In this document: positions 1-7,206 of the stretch, one piece after another
Numbering within the stretch: the first letter of the stretch is position 1
Layout: the number at the start of each line of letters is the position of its first letter
Assembly (NCBI GenBank): GCA_965224675.1
Contig: CBDDAA010000004.1
Span: forward strand, 1,387,770-1,419,769
From: Granulosicoccaceae bacterium
GTDB taxonomy: Bacteria; Pseudomonadota; Gammaproteobacteria; Granulosicoccales; Granulosicoccaceae
Direction of reading: 5' to 3'
DNA length: 32,000 nucleotides
Notes under the pieces: generated by a model
Databases searched by the model: none
Told to the model about the DNA's origin: nothing
The model's input: the letters and a program-made list of their open reading frames with translations, nothing else
Made by a program: the position numbers and the translations under genes

Positions 1-395
1 TGAGGGTTCTCTCCTTATCGATAAAAAACGGGGTTAACGTACTGGACGCTTTAAGGGGCTGCAGAGATATTGTGGATAACAGTATATATAAGCAATTTCT
101 TGATGAAACTGCGGATCTGGTGGAGAATGGTTCAGGCATTAGTGCAGGTTTTAATAAGAGTCCTCTCATTCCTGACCTTGTGAAACAAATGGTTGCCACT
201 GGAGAGGAGACAGGTAAGTTAGCTGTTGTGATGTCTCGTATTGCAGAACATTATGAAGGCGATTTGAATAAGCGGATTGTACTCATATCCAAGCTCGCCG
301 AGCCATTGATGCTGCTGTTTATGGGCGCTTTTGTGGGTTTATTGGTGAGTTCACTGATATTGCCAATTTTTCAACTGTCTCGGGCAGTGCATTGA
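1..395 (+). CDS. GspF/PilC-family inner-membrane platform protein, C-terminal fragment (5' end outside window)
   Basis: The frame is open from base 3 with no stop. The C-terminal pattern is typical of GspF/PilC: '...VATGEETGKL...HYEGDLNKRI...LAEPLMLLFMGAFVGLLVSSLILPIFQL'. It lies directly upstream of a prepilin gene. Confidence 0.8.
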   Translation, partial: RVLSLSIKNGVNVLDALRGCRDIVDNSIYKQFLDETADLVENGSGISAGFNKSPLIPDLVKQMVATGEETGKLAVVMSRIAEHYEGDLNKRIVLISKLAEPLMLLFMGAFVGLLVSSLILPIFQLSRAVH

Positions 396-558
396 ATGAA
401 TGCCCACAGATTCAGATCTTATGCCAGTGAGGAATTGAAAAAATACACTTTATTTTGGCTTTTTTCGTTAAATAAGGCATTTTCTCTAAACTGATTTATG
501 TATACGTCGATAAATACAATAGCAATGAAGCCAAATTTTAAAAATGGAGTTTTAGAGT

Positions 559-1062
559 ATGTCTGTTTCAAAAAGAGCCATTCAATCCGGTTTTACTCTT
601 GTGGAACTGTTAATCGTTGTCATAATACTCGCCGTTCTCGCTTCGGTCGCGATTCCACAATTTTCAAGTTCCACCGATGATGCCAAAGAGGCAGTACTCG
701 ATGCGACACTTTCGGAAATGCGTAATGCGATAGAGCTGTATTATCATCAACACGGTGAGTATCCGAGCGCGAATCTCGATGGTGATGGTAATGCGGCAAA
801 TTCATCCGCAGCATTTCTGAGTCAATTGACGAGCTATACAGATACTAATGGCGATGTCGCAACCATAAGAGATGTTACACACAAATATGGACCCTATCTG
901 AAAAAACAGGAATTACCGAAAAATCCAATCGATGGTTTGGGTGCGATGGTAATCGGCACAGGTGGTGATCTAACGACAGCCGGTACGAATGCGGGTGGAT
1001 GGTGGTTCGATAATGCATCTGGGAAGTTTATCGCTAATCTGAACACTCACAATACACGCTAG
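559..1062 (+). CDS. Prepilin-type N-terminal cleavage/methylation domain protein; GspG-like (pseudo)pilin
   Basis: The leader 'MSVSKRAIQSG|FTLVELLIVVIILAVLASVAIPQF' gives a class III signal peptide (GFTLVE at 589-606). 'GPYLKKQELPKNPIDG' resembles the GspG 'YL..lP.DPWG' region. There are no Cys residues. A GGAG RBS sits about 7 nt upstream. Confidence 0.9.
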   Translation: MSVSKRAIQSGFTLVELLIVVIILAVLASVAIPQFSSSTDDAKEAVLDATLSEMRNAIELYYHQHGEYPSANLDGDGNAANSSAAFLSQLTSYTDTNGDVATIRDVTHKYGPYLKKQELPKNPIDGLGAMVIGTGGDLTTAGTNAGGWWFDNASGKFIANLNTHNTR

Positions 1063-1381
1063 CTGTTGTCATCGCGTATAGTCTTTGGTGGTTGTTTGTT
1101 AACAACCTATCATTACGAAGCAGGTTTGCGCATTGCTAATTGAAAATGAGATTATACTTATATCTAACGTGTTGTTTTTTTGATCAATGGCAGCCCATTT
1201 AAACACAGCATAGATTTGCATTAATGATGGATTGTGAACCAATTTCGAATTTTGATCTTATCAAGAGTAAGGTCCATTTTATCTGATGAGAATGCTGTGA
1301 TTCGGCTATCTGTTTACTAAAGAAATGTGAACTTGTTCCGTTATTTAAGAGTATTGATAATGGAATATCAGAGCACAAAAA

Positions 1382-2536
1382 ATGCTACTAACAGCCCCGT
1401 CTTCACCTTCCCGCAAACAATTGAAATCGCTTGGTAGACGCGTCCGAACGCTATCTGGCAGAATCGGTTTGGGGCCAATTGGATTTGACCTGGGTCGTGC
1501 AGAATTGCGAGCTGTTCAGATTCAACATGGCGACGAACGGGCAATATTGAAAGCTGCAGTGTCGGTTAAATACCCCTGCCCAAGACATGAATTATTTGCT
1601 GATCGAAAAAATCTGAAAAAATTTATTAATAATTCTCTTTCGCTACACGGATTTCGTGGAAACAGAATTGTCACTTGTACACCGTCAGAGAACTTTAAAC
1701 TTCTGTCTTTGGAATATCCTGCCGATGATGCGATGTCTGAGGATGAAATGATTCTCAACATACTGAAACAACGTATTGAGGAAGATCTCTCTGATATGGT
1801 TATCGACTACATTCCGGTACGTGATACGGGATCGTCTGAGCATCGAAAAGCCTTGGTTGCTGTTGCTAATTTGCAGAAACAAATTCATTACCTTGAGCTT
1901 CTACGCAGTGCAGGCTTGCGTGTAGTGGGGCTGGAGATCGGACCGATTGCCATTCGCCGTCTGGTGGAAAATATCTCTCGTGCTGAACAATCCCCTAATA
2001 CCCTGGTTGTTAATTGTGGAATTGAAAAATCCTATTTGACGGTTACCTCGGGCCGCCGATTATTGCTGGACAGGGGGATAAATTTCGGTGAAAAACATTT
2101 GCTTGAAAAATTATCGACTGCACTGGAAATGGAGCAACGCGATGCGCTTCATCTATTGTATCAATATGGTATGGATGCTACCAATACTTACATTGAATTG
2201 TTTGATGGAATTATAAACTCACAAGATATTGTTGGTACCCTGCTTGAAGTTATAACCCCACTCTTTCATGAGCTGGTTCGGGAAATAGACAAAGTTGTCG
2301 CCTATGTGCATTCACAACTTCACGGTGCTGATATTCAGCAAATTTACTTACTTGGTAGCATCGCTCAATGGCCTGGCGCTGACCGATATCTGAATAACCT
2401 TATGAACCGACCTATTCGAATTCTTAATCCATTTGGCAGTTTTCATATCGACTCCAACAGTCAACATGCTCTGGATTCAACAGCGCTTACAGGGATGGCA
2501 CTGGCCACCGGCTGTGCTTTGAGTGAGTTGAGATAA
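1382..2536 (+). CDS. PilM/MshI-like actin-fold pilus assembly ATPase-like protein
   Basis: 384 aa. It shows a 'IGFDLGRAELRAVQI' N-terminal strand-turn and 'VGLEIGPIAIRRL', 'LVVNCGIEKSYLTV', 'IYLLGSIAQWPG' actin/PilM-like phosphate and adenosine motifs. It is first in a PilMNOP-secretin order. Confidence 0.75.
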   Translation: MLLTAPSSPSRKQLKSLGRRVRTLSGRIGLGPIGFDLGRAELRAVQIQHGDERAILKAAVSVKYPCPRHELFADRKNLKKFINNSLSLHGFRGNRIVTCTPSENFKLLSLEYPADDAMSEDEMILNILKQRIEEDLSDMVIDYIPVRDTGSSEHRKALVAVANLQKQIHYLELLRSAGLRVVGLEIGPIAIRRLVENISRAEQSPNTLVVNCGIEKSYLTVTSGRRLLLDRGINFGEKHLLEKLSTALEMEQRDALHLLYQYGMDATNTYIELFDGIINSQDIVGTLLEVITPLFHELVREIDKVVAYVHSQLHGADIQQIYLLGSIAQWPGADRYLNNLMNRPIRILNPFGSFHIDSNSQHALDSTALTGMALATGCALSELR

Positions 2537-2537
2537 C

Positions 2538-3194
2538 ATGGACACATTTAACCTGGTGCCGGATGTCTATAGACGACGTTGTAATTTCTGGTTTGATCTG
2601 AAAATTACCGGCCTGTTGGCAGGATTGATTGTTCTCTCTGCTGCAATAGGCTCGATGCTGCTTAATCGCAATATAGAAAATCACAAAACACGCTTATTCG
2701 AAATTACACAATCACGCAAAGCGATTGACATAGCGCGTGCAGAAGTGGATTCGATCAATGCCAGAAAACAAAAACTTGAAGACAGATATACCTTGCTGAA
2801 AGCGCTTCGCGGGAACATATCTGTACGTGATCTGTTCGCAGCAATGGATGCCTCATTAAGTGCAGAAATTGAATTTGATGCACTCAATTTCGAACGTGCC
2901 GGGGAACCGATTGAGAGTGAGAAGCATAGCGCTGAATCATCATACTTTATCATTATTCCAAAGTATGACGGGCGCTTGAAAGATCGTTACGATGCCTGGC
3001 GGATTGACGCCAATCTGACGATCCGGGGGCGTGCAAAAAGCCATTCTGCAATGGCTGACTTTATGACGCAGTTGTCAAAGCAGGATACTATCGAGCATGT
3101 AAAATTATTGCGCACGGGAGGTAGTAGTGCTGATAAGGGCATTAGTTTTGAACTCTATATTGTGGTGAAAAACTATTTTGCACATTCATCATGA
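2538..3194 (+). CDS. PilN-like bitopic pilus assembly protein
   Basis: It has an N-terminal 'FNLVPDVYRRR' (PilN INLLP-like motif), then one TM helix, then a coiled coil. It starts 1 nt after the pilM-like stop. Confidence 0.55.
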   Translation: MDTFNLVPDVYRRRCNFWFDLKITGLLAGLIVLSAAIGSMLLNRNIENHKTRLFEITQSRKAIDIARAEVDSINARKQKLEDRYTLLKALRGNISVRDLFAAMDASLSAEIEFDALNFERAGEPIESEKHSAESSYFIIIPKYDGRLKDRYDAWRIDANLTIRGRAKSHSAMADFMTQLSKQDTIEHVKLLRTGGSSADKGISFELYIVVKNYFAHSS

Positions 3195-3757
3195 ATCTTG
3201 ATGCATTGATTCGTTCACGTTCCATAGTGGTGTCGATTATATTGACCTTGCTTAGTTTTTTTGTTTTTGCTTTATATTGGGTTCTACTGAAAGACTCAAT
3301 TGAGCAAAATATACAGCTTGTAAAGTCATTTAGTGAAGCCAAGAATCAACTGAAAACGTCTGATTCCAGTGCTCAACTTTCCCGCCAACTCAATGCAGGC
3401 GAGTTGGCAATTAAGTCACTCGGGCAGAAACTTTACTTGCAGAGTGAAGGCCGTGATAGTAACGTGATTGTACCTTTCGTAGTGAGTGCATTGGATGCAA
3501 TATCATATAAATACAACGTCAAACTTCGCGGTGTAATTCCACTTGAAGCAAAGCAGGTATTAATGCTTGAGGAAATGCCATTTGATATCACTATATCCGG
3601 ATCATACACACAGATCTATGAGTGGCTTATTGAGGCAGAGCAGGCACTGAATCCTATGGCCGTGAAAAATTTCTCGATAAATCCCTCCAATCGAGAGCAT
3701 GGAGTAACGATGAAAATGCGTGTTGTTTCCTACCGCTTACCTTTGGGCAAGGGATGA
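3191..3757 (+). CDS. PilO/MshJ-like bitopic pilus assembly protein
   Basis: It has a single N-terminal TM helix followed by a coiled coil and an alpha/beta C-terminal region. An ATGA start/stop overlap joins it to the upstream gene. The call rests mainly on position and topology. Confidence 0.5.
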   Translation: MNLDALIRSRSIVVSIILTLLSFFVFALYWVLLKDSIEQNIQLVKSFSEAKNQLKTSDSSAQLSRQLNAGELAIKSLGQKLYLQSEGRDSNVIVPFVVSALDAISYKYNVKLRGVIPLEAKQVLMLEEMPFDITISGSYTQIYEWLIEAEQALNPMAVKNFSINPSNREHGVTMKMRVVSYRLPLGKG

Positions 3758-4128
3758 TGTATAAGCAAATGGCTTTAATGGTAGCATTGTGCGTTTTATT
3801 TAGCAGTTCTGCTATTGCAGATCGTAACGTTTCTATGCAATTTAATCCTTTCGCATACGCAGATAAAAAGAAAATTTCAATAAGCAGAAAACCAACATCG
3901 GCACAAATTTCAAATAAGTTGCCTAAATCGATTTCCTGGAAACCTTCTTTGCTTGCCACTATTGTAGCAGGACAAAAATCGATGGCCAACGTTGAAGGCA
4001 GACTTGTACGTATTGGACAGAGCGTTAACGGCTTTACACTGCTATCGGTAGATAAGAATTCAGCGACATTTAAAAAGAATGCCAAAAAGTATGTATTGAA
4101 ACTGGCGATGAGAAGCAAACATAAGTGA
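3754..4128 (+). CDS. PilP/MshK-like small periplasmic pilus assembly protein
   Basis: It has a signal peptide ('MALMVALCVLFSSSAIA'). The C-terminal 'ANVEGRLVRIGQSVNGFTLLSVDKNSATFKKNAKKYVLKL' resembles the MshK/PilP/GspC-HR beta domain. An ATGA overlap joins it to the upstream gene, and it sits directly before the secretin. Confidence 0.45.
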   Translation: MMYKQMALMVALCVLFSSSAIADRNVSMQFNPFAYADKKKISISRKPTSAQISNKLPKSISWKPSLLATIVAGQKSMANVEGRLVRIGQSVNGFTLLSVDKNSATFKKNAKKYVLKLAMRSKHK

Positions 4129-4135
4129 TATTATA

Positions 4136-5617
4136 ATGATTAGAGTTATGAAAAGGATTTTTTTGTCAGTAATCATATTACAACTTTACGTATGCGGTAT
4201 GCCACCTCTAGTGGCGAATGAAAGTGACAACGGAGTAATTGAGTTGTCATTTGTTGAGACCCCCGTAAGTCAAGCATTTGAGATGCTATCGACACTCGGT
4301 GAAATCAGTATTATTTTGATGCCTGATATTTCGGGTAAAGTCACTGCACATCTATACGAAAAATCAATCGACAATGCTATAAGAACCATTGCCAATGCTG
4401 CTGGATATGCCGTGGAAAAAAACGCAGATGCCTATATTGTTATGAACCGGGACGAAGTCGGTAAGGATTCTCTGGGTGATATGACTTCAGTGCGTTCCTA
4501 CAAAGTGCAATACGTTGATCCGGGTAAAGCCGTAACACTTTTAGAGAAATACCTTTCACGTTATGGAAGCATATCGGTACTACAGGATCGCAAGCTGATT
4601 GTGGTTGCTGACAGACCGGATTTTCTGAACCGCATCGAACAGATTCTTTCAGAAATTGATATTAAGCCGCAGCAAATTTTGATAAAAGCAGAAATTCTTG
4701 AGATTACCCTGAATGAGGATGAGATTTACGGAATTGATTGGTCGAGTAAAAACAATAAGACAACTTTGGGTACAAACGGATTAAGCACTTTGGGTTCGAC
4801 TGGATTTTTTATGGATTACCTGACTGATGATCTTGATATTTTTCTAAAGGCATTATCTGAAGATAACCGCGTACGCACTTTATCGACACCTAAACTTCTC
4901 GTATTGGAGGACCAAAATGCTGAAGTTATTATTGGAGATCGCATCGGCTTCAAGGTAACCACGACGATCGATTCAGTGACCTCAGAAAGTGTAGAGTTTA
5001 TTGAGTCTGGCGTAATTTTGAGGGTTAAAGCCTCAGTAGATAATGATGATCGAATCATGCTGGATGTGCATCCTGAGGTAAGCTCGGGTAGTATTACTGA
5101 TGGCATACCTTCTGTCAGTACAACTGAAGTGACGACCCATCTGATTGCCGGGAACGGACAGCCGGTATTTATTGGCGGCCTGATTAAAAACACTAAACTG
5201 GAACGTGAAACAGGTGTGCCCGGTTTACGTTCCATTCCGCTGCTCGGTGCTCTTTTTTCTCAGACTGAAGAGCGTTATACAAAAACTGAAACCATCGTTG
5301 TTATCCGACCCTTTATTATTTCTGATGATAAAGAAAATGTGGCAACACAGGAGGTTGAGCGATCACAGACACTTGCTGATAACCTTCAACGGGAGGTTCT
5401 AACACAGGCGACGAAACAGGATCTGAACAACGCCTTGCGATGGCGGGATAATAGTATGCCGAGTGAAAATTCAAAAACAACTGAAATTGAAGATTTTGCA
5501 ACTCAGCACACTCAGGTAGAGCATTCAGATAGTAAGGACGGGAAGCAAAAAAAGCACTCAGCCACAGAAGGTCTTGGTTGGTTCTTCAGTGTGCTTGCAA
5601 TTATCGCTATATTATAA
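4136..5617 (+). CDS. Secretin (GspD/PilQ/MshL family) with non-canonical C-terminal extension
   Basis: It has a signal peptide. The secretin core includes 'VRTLSTPKLLVLEDQNAEVIIGDRIGF', 'GVILRVKASVDNDDRIMLDVHPEVSS', 'GQPVFIGGLI' and 'VPGLRSIPLLGALFS...TETIVVIRPFII'. The start may be ATG 4148 instead. Confidence 0.9.
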   Translation: MIRVMKRIFLSVIILQLYVCGMPPLVANESDNGVIELSFVETPVSQAFEMLSTLGEISIILMPDISGKVTAHLYEKSIDNAIRTIANAAGYAVEKNADAYIVMNRDEVGKDSLGDMTSVRSYKVQYVDPGKAVTLLEKYLSRYGSISVLQDRKLIVVADRPDFLNRIEQILSEIDIKPQQILIKAEILEITLNEDEIYGIDWSSKNNKTTLGTNGLSTLGSTGFFMDYLTDDLDIFLKALSEDNRVRTLSTPKLLVLEDQNAEVIIGDRIGFKVTTTIDSVTSESVEFIESGVILRVKASVDNDDRIMLDVHPEVSSGSITDGIPSVSTTEVTTHLIAGNGQPVFIGGLIKNTKLERETGVPGLRSIPLLGALFSQTEERYTKTETIVVIRPFIISDDKENVATQEVERSQTLADNLQREVLTQATKQDLNNALRWRDNSMPSENSKTTEIEDFATQHTQVEHSDSKDGKQKKHSATEGLGWFFSVLAIIAIL

Positions 5618-5654
5618 TTGATCGTTGATTCAACAGGCAACCAGATATGGCTTA

Positions 5655-5945
5655 TCAGGCGCCTTCCACTATTGCCAACGTACACTTGGCATTCTCATGA
5701 CGTATCGCTTTTACCGGCGCATATTCTTCAGAGTCTACAAACGCACGAGCGCTATCCATGTCGGGAAACTCGATGATTACGATGCGTGTGGGCGACCATA
5801 GGTCTGCTTCCCGAACATCCAATTCGCCACCTCGAACACGATAGATTCCACCATATTTTTCGGCAATTGGTTTTGCGAGTTTTTTGTAGTCTTCGTAGAC
5901 ATCTGGATTTTCAATCTTAGTGTCTACAAATAGGTATGCGCTCAT
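5655..5945 (-). CDS. DUF1330 family protein
   Basis: 96 aa. 'MSAYLFVDTKIENPDVYEDYKK...YGGIYRVRGGE...VIIEFPDMDSARAFVDSEEY' matches the DUF1330 (dimeric alpha-beta barrel) pattern as I recall it. Confidence 0.65.
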   Translation of the reverse strand: MSAYLFVDTKIENPDVYEDYKKLAKPIAEKYGGIYRVRGGELDVREADLWSPTRIVIIEFPDMDSARAFVDSEEYAPVKAIRHENAKCTLAIVEGA

Positions 5946-6007
5946 AGTGAATCTCCAATTTCATTGTGTATTTAAAGATATAGCATACACTGAGTATTCA
6001 GTATAAT

Positions 6008-7132
6008 TCAATCCACCAGGGCAATCAGTAAATCCATGACATTGGTACCAGTTGGGCCTGTAATCAACAGATCTCCAACCTCATTCAAATAGTCACCAGC
6101 ATTGGCTGAATCCAATGCCGCCTGGGCATTGCCTTCATGCCGAAATGTAAAACCATTAACAATTGCACCCGCAGCACGGGTTGGCCCATCGGTTCCATCA
6201 GTCCCGGCGACCAGAATGGTAATATTGTTTGTGCCTTTAATTTCCTTTGCAAGTGCGAGTGCCAGACTCTGATTGCGGCCACCATTTTTTGGGTTTTCAG
6301 GTAACTGTATAGTTGGCTCACCGCCCCAGAGATAAAGGCCTTTTTCTGAATTGCGTATAAATGTTCCAATTTTTTTGCTAAGACTAAAGACGTCATCATA
6401 GAGTGTTTCGATATTTTGCTTAACCGCTAAATTAAGTTCTAATGCCTCTGTAGCGGAAGCGTTACGTGCAATTGCATTGCTGGCAATTATGTTTACTTCT
6501 GCTTTAACATGTGTACGATTTATGTCGCCAATACCCGCACCGATAGTGGAAATACTATCACCCTCGACATCAGATATCGCAAAGACAATCACCTCTTTAC
6601 CATTGAAGTTTTCTAATAGTCTTCCATCCTTGATAAGCGAGACTTCTTTGCGTTTCTTATTTATAGCATTGATACTCAATCCAGAAGCAATCATTTGATT
6701 GGTTAGATTCTGCAACTCACTCAATGTTATATCCTCGCTTAAACACTCCGCCACGGCAGAAGCGCCACCTGATATGAGTAAAACAAGTGTACTGTTCCCA
6801 GTGAGTGTGGAAACAGTTCCAAGTATTTTTTTCCCGGCATTTAGTGAGTTGTCATCAGGTATTGGATGTGCCGCCTCTATCAGTGTTACATTTGGTTTTG
6901 TACAAAGGGTAGGATCGCTATGATGGTATTTTGTTACGACCAATGCAGGCACTGAATCACCAAATACCGCCAAAGCGCCCAGGCACATGCTACTGGCAGC
7001 CTTGCCGACGGCAATAATACAATCCGGTTTTAAATCGGGTAATTGCTTAAAGGCATTAATTACAGATGCCTTGCCAGAAACTGCGGCAATGCCTGCATTA
7101 AAAATTGAGATAAGCTGGTCTCGACTCTTCAT
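6008..7132 (-). CDS. Glycerate 2-kinase / TtuD-like (DUF4147 + MOFRL domains)
   Basis: The motifs 'LWGGEPTIQLPENPKNGGRNQSLALALA' and 'LVAGTDGTDGPTRAAGAIV' are characteristic of the MOFRL glycerate 2-kinase / hydroxypyruvate reductase-annotated family. Confidence 0.8.
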   Translation of the reverse strand: MKSRDQLISIFNAGIAAVSGKASVINAFKQLPDLKPDCIIAVGKAASSMCLGALAVFGDSVPALVVTKYHHSDPTLCTKPNVTLIEAAHPIPDDNSLNAGKKILGTVSTLTGNSTLVLLISGGASAVAECLSEDITLSELQNLTNQMIASGLSINAINKKRKEVSLIKDGRLLENFNGKEVIVFAISDVEGDSISTIGAGIGDINRTHVKAEVNIIASNAIARNASATEALELNLAVKQNIETLYDDVFSLSKKIGTFIRNSEKGLYLWGGEPTIQLPENPKNGGRNQSLALALAKEIKGTNNITILVAGTDGTDGPTRAAGAIVNGFTFRHEGNAQAALDSANAGDYLNEVGDLLITGPTGTNVMDLLIALVD

Positions 7133-7206
7133 ATTGTAAATAAAAATAACAAGTGCCTGATTGTGCCAAGCTTACCCTTGATTGGGTTCAGATAACCAGC
7201 TTTATT

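Noticed and set aside
455-480. A possible sigma-54 promoter (TGGC...) upstream of the pilin gene.
   Set aside because: The TGGC at about 464 is not followed by a GC dinucleotide at the required -12 spacing, so there is no TGGCAC-N5-TTGCW match.
1090-1107. A 7-bp stem hairpin after the pilin gene, considered as an intrinsic terminator.
   Set aside because: No U-tract follows the stem directly, so I did not annotate it as a terminator. It is mentioned only in the finding on the long gap.
4136-4215. A possible lipobox ('LYVCG') that would make the secretin a lipoprotein, as in MshL.
   Set aside because: Residues -3 to -1 (L-Y-V) do not fit the [LVI][ASTVI][GAS]C lipobox. A standard signal-peptidase I site after 'PLVA' is more plausible.
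5569-5614. The secretin C-terminal helix as a PEP-CTERM or GlyGly-CTERM sorting signal.
   Set aside because: There is no PEP or GG motif in the right register and no basic cluster after the helix. It is kept only as an unexplained feature.
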